DNA of 64,000 bases. It comes from Basidiobolus meristosporus CBS 931.73 (taxonomy: Eukaryota > Fungi > Basidiobolomycota). Numbering within the stretch: position 1 is the first letter of the stretch; each line of letters opens with the position of its first letter. A program made the translations under genes and the position numbers. The notes beneath the pieces are model-generated. The model was not told the origin of the DNA, searched no databases, and saw nothing but the letters and a program-made list of their open reading frames with translations. This document shows, piece after piece, positions 58,681-64,000 of this stretch. The stretch covers positions 62,001 through 126,000 of the forward strand of contig MCFE01000080.1 in the NCBI GenBank assembly GCA_002104905.1, written 5' to 3'.

Positions 58681-60199
58681 GCTCCAGAATATACAATAGT
58701 AGTTACCCTAAATTCTCCACTTACTTGGACATCATGATTACATTGTACAAATTAGAGTCTTGACTGAAAATTATGTTGGGATTTATATGGAATATTATAT
58801 TGAGGTAGCATGCACCCAAGCAATGAAGTGTCCCAACATCCTAGCCTTGACAAAGGAGAAACTATTCTCCAGACATTTGGACTAAATTTTCTTCAATATA
58901 TGTTCTCATTTGAACATTTGGTTTGTTTACCATTTTGACTCCTCATGCCAATCAGCATTATTTACATAATCAACAAGTCATTTATTGTTATTCCGGTGCT
59001 AGTTGACCCATTTGCAAAAACTCCACCAAAACTAAAGTAAAATCCATATGTACCTCCACAACTTCCGCATCTGTAAGTATACAAGGCATATTCCAGGTTT
59101 TGTGAGGATTGTATATAATAACCATACAATATTACCAACATATACCTTAAAACCAGTCCATAGCTACCAAACACCACTTTTAAATACAATAAATCATTGA
59201 GTAGAAGCCATATAATCTGCTTGTTTTCCCAAGTACTTGCAATATCTCCAAACTCTTACAACAGATCTTAGTAGTGTTTGTTCATGCCACCAAATAGCTA
59301 ATTGCCTTGGCTGTGACCATTACCAGTTAGCACGAGGTTGTCAGTTTTATCTATCATGAGATTTGGATGGGATTTGGATGCCCTGTGGAGATCCAGTTAC
59401 ATATGGACACTAGGGACATCGACATGAATTGGTCAACCAGCCAAAGATTCCCCTCTCTGGACAAATTCTATGGTCTGGATGGTAGTGAACAAAGATTTGG
59501 ATTTGTTGGTCTGTGGTTCTGTTGGTTGAGTACACCTTTGGCAGTATTTAGCTACTTCAATTCCTCCAATGGATTCATTGGGTCATCCAATGGCACTCGG
59601 ATTGGATCCCCAGCTGTCAAATATATGTCCTTAATCCCTTGATGGATATTTGGAGATGTATGACGGATTTTGTAGGGAGACGGGCCTTAGGGATGTACCC
59701 CATACCGGAGATGGTTGGATAACGTATAACCTGGCTGGCTAATATCATCACTGCTAGGCCAAATATGTGTCGGATACCACCCAGATACTTGCAACCGTAC
59801 CTCCTCCCGATTTGTCAAGGGCAACGTGTCGGTTGGTAGGCACGATACAGAGGTGTGTGGATTAACTGAATGTTAGGGATCTTTTCGAGTAGAAGGATAC
59901 GACTTGGTTGAAACACTGGAAATTCTCTACCACAATCACAACTTGCATTGGTGGCTAGGCTTGGATAAATCATTTGCTTGGTCGCCCAGCGCATACCCGC
60001 CCGTCACGTGGACAGTCGAAGAACGATCCGTGTTTCAAGATATCTTCGTACGCTAGGAAGTTCGCGAAGGCAACCTCACCTTAGTCCACTTGTTGCAACC
60101 AAGTTCTCCATGCTAGGCAACCTCGCCATTCCAAAGACTACGTGGTGCGCATGAGGCATGGTTATTTATAACTAGTACCGGACTCCCATTTCATTTGGC

Positions 60200-61000
60200 A
60201 CCGGTATCCACCACACCTGAAGCGATGCGCCGACTTGAAGACACGACGAGGCTATACATATTTTTAGCCACTCCAATCTGGCTCGGTATCCGATCGCCAT
60301 GGTGCAAGTTCAGTGCCTGGCACAGAATTATTTCGAGACACACTAGGAATGCTAAATTTGAGGAAATAATGCACTATGCCTATCCGAGATTGGCCATTGG
60401 CTACATGACCGCCTTTTCCGCCAGTTAGTCACCAATCTAGCTATAATGGGTGCAACCATGGTTACACGTCTGGCTCGGATCCATGTCACGAATTCGCTAG
60501 CTTTAATAACTGTGCAATGGTGAGGTGGCACACAAGCGATGGATAATCACCTCACCACATGGTAGAGCAGATCACCACCCCCAAGCTTTTTTTTCAAGGA
60601 TTCTGGAATTCGAGAGCAGGTCCTTGTGGCGAAGTGCGCCCCTTCGAGGCTCGGAACAAAGAGAAGCCCTTATGCGCAGTTCAGACCCCGATGTTGCTCA
60701 CCGCCCCATCTATGTGGTCGGGATGAATATGAAATCTTACGAATGATAAGAGCATACGGTCTCTAGCATCAGCCCCAAGTCCGGGATGATATCCTTAGAT
60801 ACGCTGGCTTTGAATCAAACGTATACACACCAATCATATATTCGGCCAGCCAATCAGCCTTTGGAATCAGGTGCTGCTCATTGGTTGCTGCTATAAATTG
60901 CTCATTCCATTTCGGTGACTGAATTGGATCAACATATATTTGCACACGATACGAGGATCGCTCAGCTGGTAATTGAAAACAAGCAATGATCCACAGCACG
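60200..61000 (-). pseudogene. Possible decayed AMP-binding (4CL/acyl-CoA ligase-like) gene
   Basis: Motif-like remnants in the expected order across frames: PAYLRISSRTWG (~YxSSGTTG), LLYHVV (~PFYH), FVTWIRARRVTMVAPII (~I..xKVT..VPPI). Weak, by eye only. Confidence 0.25.
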
Positions 61001-61570
61001 TTTGGCAGCGAGGTCTTTCATTCAGTCCGGAAAGCCATTCAGTGCGAGCACACCACTACTGTACCACCCACCTTATCATCCCAAGTACAGCTACTCGAAC
61101 TTCAACTAACGCTGGGGCATCTCTATCCCGCTGGTGATAATTGAGTGGCCATGGGTAAATTCGTGCATTGCCAATGTTTACATCATTTTAACTTCGACCA
61201 GGTCACCTCTTGAAATGCGCATACTGGTTACGTTTTCCATCACCGCTATTAATACATTTTCCGACGGGCCGTCGTGTTGACATGACGCATCCTAAGCCCA
61301 TATAGCAATAAAGGAACATGGCACCAAACCATATATTTCCGACCAGATGGTATTAAAAGCTAATCCATCGTGATAGCCCTGGATCAATATATATGAATTG
61401 GATCCTTAAGCCCTCGGAGGATAAACCTTAACTGAGCGTGACAAATAGGTTCTCAAGGAAAAACTCGACCGTTGTGGACGCCGTGGTTCCATCAACCTCG
61501 GCCAGCATATAAAGCACCCTGGATTTCGTGGAGTATCCGCAACTATACCATTTCCACCGTTCTTTCTGAT

Positions 61571-63016
61571 ATGGGACTCAACTCAAACATAGACCTGGAG
61601 AAAAGGGGTCGAGCTTCATTTTTCCGCAGACACAAGTGGAAGTTGGCCGGCTCGGCCGTGGTACTAATCGTTGCTATCGTGCTGATGGCAGTGCTAATTC
61701 CTAAGAAAAAGTCTGGTTCTAGTCATGGTATAGATCCTAAGGATTTCGATGACTCCGCCAGACCGAACGCAAGGGTCCCTCCTTTGAGCCAGCCCTTCCC
61801 CTATGGCCAGACTCCAGTTCGTGGAGTGAACGCCGGCGGATGGTTGGTGCTCGAGCCATTCATTGCGCCATCCCTATTTGAAGGCTTCAAACCGGAAGAT
61901 GGAGTAATCGACGAATGGACTTTATGCCAAAAGCTCGGCAAAGAAGAGTGTAAAAAGAGGATTACCAAGCATTACGAGACTTTCTACACCGAAGAGGACT
62001 TCAAGCAAATGGCTGAGGCTGGTCTCGATCATGTCAGAATCCCAGTCGGATACTGGGCGTTGGATATCCAGGATGGAGAGCCATTCATCGATGGCTCCTG
62101 GGATTTCTTGTTGAAAGGAGTCAACTGGGCTCGCAAGTACGGTATTCGGGTTATGGTTGAGCTTCACGGTGCGCCTGGGTCGCAGAATGGTTGGAACCAT
62201 AGTGGTAGATCAGGTATGGTTAGGTTCCTGAATGGAACCGAGGGGCATTCCAATGCGGATCGTACGATGAACGTGCTAGTAAAAATGGCCAGCTTCTTCT
62301 CTAAACCCGAATGGAAGAATGCTGCTCCTCTTTTCGGCGTGCTAAACGAACCCATTATCTTCAAACTCGACAAGAATACCGTGGAGCAGTGGTATTATCA
62401 GGCATACCAAAAACTCCGCAACGCGACATACCCCGAGACACCCATTCTTATTTACCACGAAGGATTCATCGGGCTCGACAAGTGGTCGAACTCCTTCCCA
62501 AAGTCTACCTACCAAAAGGTCTGCATGGATGTACATAACTACATGATCTTCGATGTCAACCTGGTCGCCATGCCACAGGAGCAAAAGCTGGACTTCGTCT
62601 GTAATACTTGGAAAAAGGATGTGAGCGTAAGCAATCAGAACTTCGGCTGGACCATGGTTGGCGAGTTCTCAGTTGCCACCAACGACTGTGCCAAATGGTT
62701 GAACGGAATTGGCCTGGGATCGCGGTGGGACGGCAGCTTCCCCGACACAATTGGTAATCCATTATGCCCTACCAAACCTAACTGTACTTGTGAGGGGGTG
62801 GACGACTGGACCAAGTTCACACCCGAATATAAGAGCTTCTTGGCGAAGTTCGGACAGTACCAGATGGAGTCCTTCGAGTCAAGCTTCGGCTGGTTCTTCT
62901 GGACTTGGAAGACCGAGAACCACGTAAACCCCCATTGGGACTACAAGCTTGGTCTCGAACAAGGATGGATGCCAAAGGATGCAGGAAACCGACAAATCAC
63001 TTGTCCTACCAAATAG
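61571..63016 (+). CDS. Glycoside hydrolase family 5 exo-beta-1,3-glucanase-like protein with an N-terminal membrane anchor
   Basis: RGVNAGGWLVLEPFI, DHVRIPVGYW, LHGAPGSQNGWNHSG, LNEP (acid/base), DVHNY, VGEFS (nucleophile), GWFFWTWK; hydrophobic LAGSAVVLIVAIVLMAVLIP segment followed by KKK; intronless; first ATG at 61571. Confidence 0.95.
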   Translation: MGLNSNIDLEKRGRASFFRRHKWKLAGSAVVLIVAIVLMAVLIPKKKSGSSHGIDPKDFDDSARPNARVPPLSQPFPYGQTPVRGVNAGGWLVLEPFIAPSLFEGFKPEDGVIDEWTLCQKLGKEECKKRITKHYETFYTEEDFKQMAEAGLDHVRIPVGYWALDIQDGEPFIDGSWDFLLKGVNWARKYGIRVMVELHGAPGSQNGWNHSGRSGMVRFLNGTEGHSNADRTMNVLVKMASFFSKPEWKNAAPLFGVLNEPIIFKLDKNTVEQWYYQAYQKLRNATYPETPILIYHEGFIGLDKWSNSFPKSTYQKVCMDVHNYMIFDVNLVAMPQEQKLDFVCNTWKKDVSVSNQNFGWTMVGEFSVATNDCAKWLNGIGLGSRWDGSFPDTIGNPLCPTKPNCTCEGVDDWTKFTPEYKSFLAKFGQYQMESFESSFGWFFWTWKTENHVNPHWDYKLGLEQGWMPKDAGNRQITCPTK

Positions 63017-63208
63017 GGTGCCTGGGGTTCAGATCGCATACAATCTTAAATTTAATCACTCAGTTACCTCCAATAATAATGAATATATATAGTGTGAATG
63101 ATGTAAGATATGATCAGGTTTATTAAAAAGATGTTATTATGATATGGGACGCTATTTCCGTCAATTAGATAAAGAATAATAGGCGATTCCTCTGGGTGCA
63201 TCACAACA

Positions 63209-63463
63209 TTAAACCCAGTCGATGTTCATCCGGAAATCCTTGGCGGTGTCTTCCTGGGGGCCACCACTCCCTATGGCAGACGTGTAGCTCTTCATCGCGC
63301 TCCGGTCGAGATACTTTCGGGTCTGCGCAGCGTTGTATTCGAAGCTGGCGTGAGCTTGTTTCGCCACGCCCTCGGCACGCATCTGTTGGTACCCCAGAAT
63401 ACTTCCGGTAAGCTCTTGAACGTATCCAGCAGCGTACTTGAGATTGGCATTGATTCTCTCCAT
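63209..63463 (-). CDS. Small CsbD/Hmp1-like stress protein (84 aa; start uncertain)
   Basis: RINANLKYAAGYVQELTGSILG..MRAEGVAKQAHASFEYNAAQ fits the fungal CsbD-like pattern; TATA-like TATATAA near 63560. Confidence 0.6.
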   Translation of the reverse strand: MERINANLKYAAGYVQELTGSILGYQQMRAEGVAKQAHASFEYNAAQTRKYLDRSAMKSYTSAIGSGGPQEDTAKDFRMNIDWV

Positions 63464-64000
63464 GTTGGGAAGGCACGCGCAGATAGTAGCTGATTTATAG
63501 GTGATGGCTCTTCAACTGCAATGGGTACAAATCAAGCGATCGCTACGACATGCAGTAGTTATATAAATGGGCTTGCAGGCCATCTGAAAGCACAATACAA
63601 ATGAGGACCAATTTGTCGAGATGAAAAATAAATGATTGCAACGGCGTAGGTTACATGGCGTAATATCGGATATTGAACGACAGACACCAACACCAGATTT
63701 TAATAATCATGCCAACTTCGATCAGCATCCCTACCCAATTGCAGTGTGATCGCCTAGCAGTATATGATTTTGGTCACTCTGCCGCTGGTCCACGGATGCA
63801 GCATCACCGAGTCGGCCGCAGTTGGCAGCCTGACGAAGGATGATTGCTCGAGATCCCACATCGAGCCTCACACTATTTGTTGACATTGAGGCATTATGCC
63901 AATGCTCGCATGAGGATGTTCTTACCTCCACCAAACACAGCTAATCAAGTCGATCTGGCACAGACTTGTGGAAAGTCAGCTGCCCCAGGCTACGTCACAG

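Noticed and set aside
58962-59642. Short ORFs 58962-59189 and 59367-59642 as genes
   Set aside because: No recognisable motif; the opposite strand has scattered stops and may be an old retroelement remnant that I cannot assign.
61472-61570. GTG start for the glucanase
   Set aside because: Eukaryotic context; ATG at 61571 gives a sensible type II membrane topology.
1-64000. CRISPR array, rRNA or tRNA genes, or prokaryotic operons
   Set aside because: No regularly spaced short repeats or RNA-gene signatures were seen; all content is eukaryotic TE or fungal gene sequence.

Overview
Eukaryotic, almost certainly fungal, window. About 59 kb (1-~59300) is a CpG-depleted cluster of nested transposons, followed by a CpG-normal genic end. 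The transposon cluster holds: (i) decayed Ty1/Copia elements; (ii) at least three near-complete and several partial copies of a two-gene CACTA/EnSpm (CMC) DNA transposon with CCCTATGAAAAA termini; (iii) two chromodomain Ty3/Gypsy elements (14624-21595 and 36228-42146); (iv) a very young LTR element encoding only Gag and protease (45189-48805); (v) a PHIS (PIF/Harbinger-ISL2EU superfamily) element with an intact DDE transposase, plus two palindromic non-autonomous relatives; (vi) several solo LTRs. Matching target-site duplications show a nest five levels deep across 28.1-55.1 kb. The genic end has an intronless, membrane-anchored GH5 exo-beta-1,3-glucanase-like gene and a small CsbD/Hmp1-like gene. 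The most interesting signals are a ~250-nt leader module with compensatory base pairing shared by two different Gypsy lineages, heat-shock-element arrays in four LTR families, CpG-centred 4-bp target sites for one LTR lineage, Tf1-type self-priming, and a -1 frameshift signal with a possible long-range pseudoknot. All coordinates and alignments were read by eye; no database search or folding program was run.
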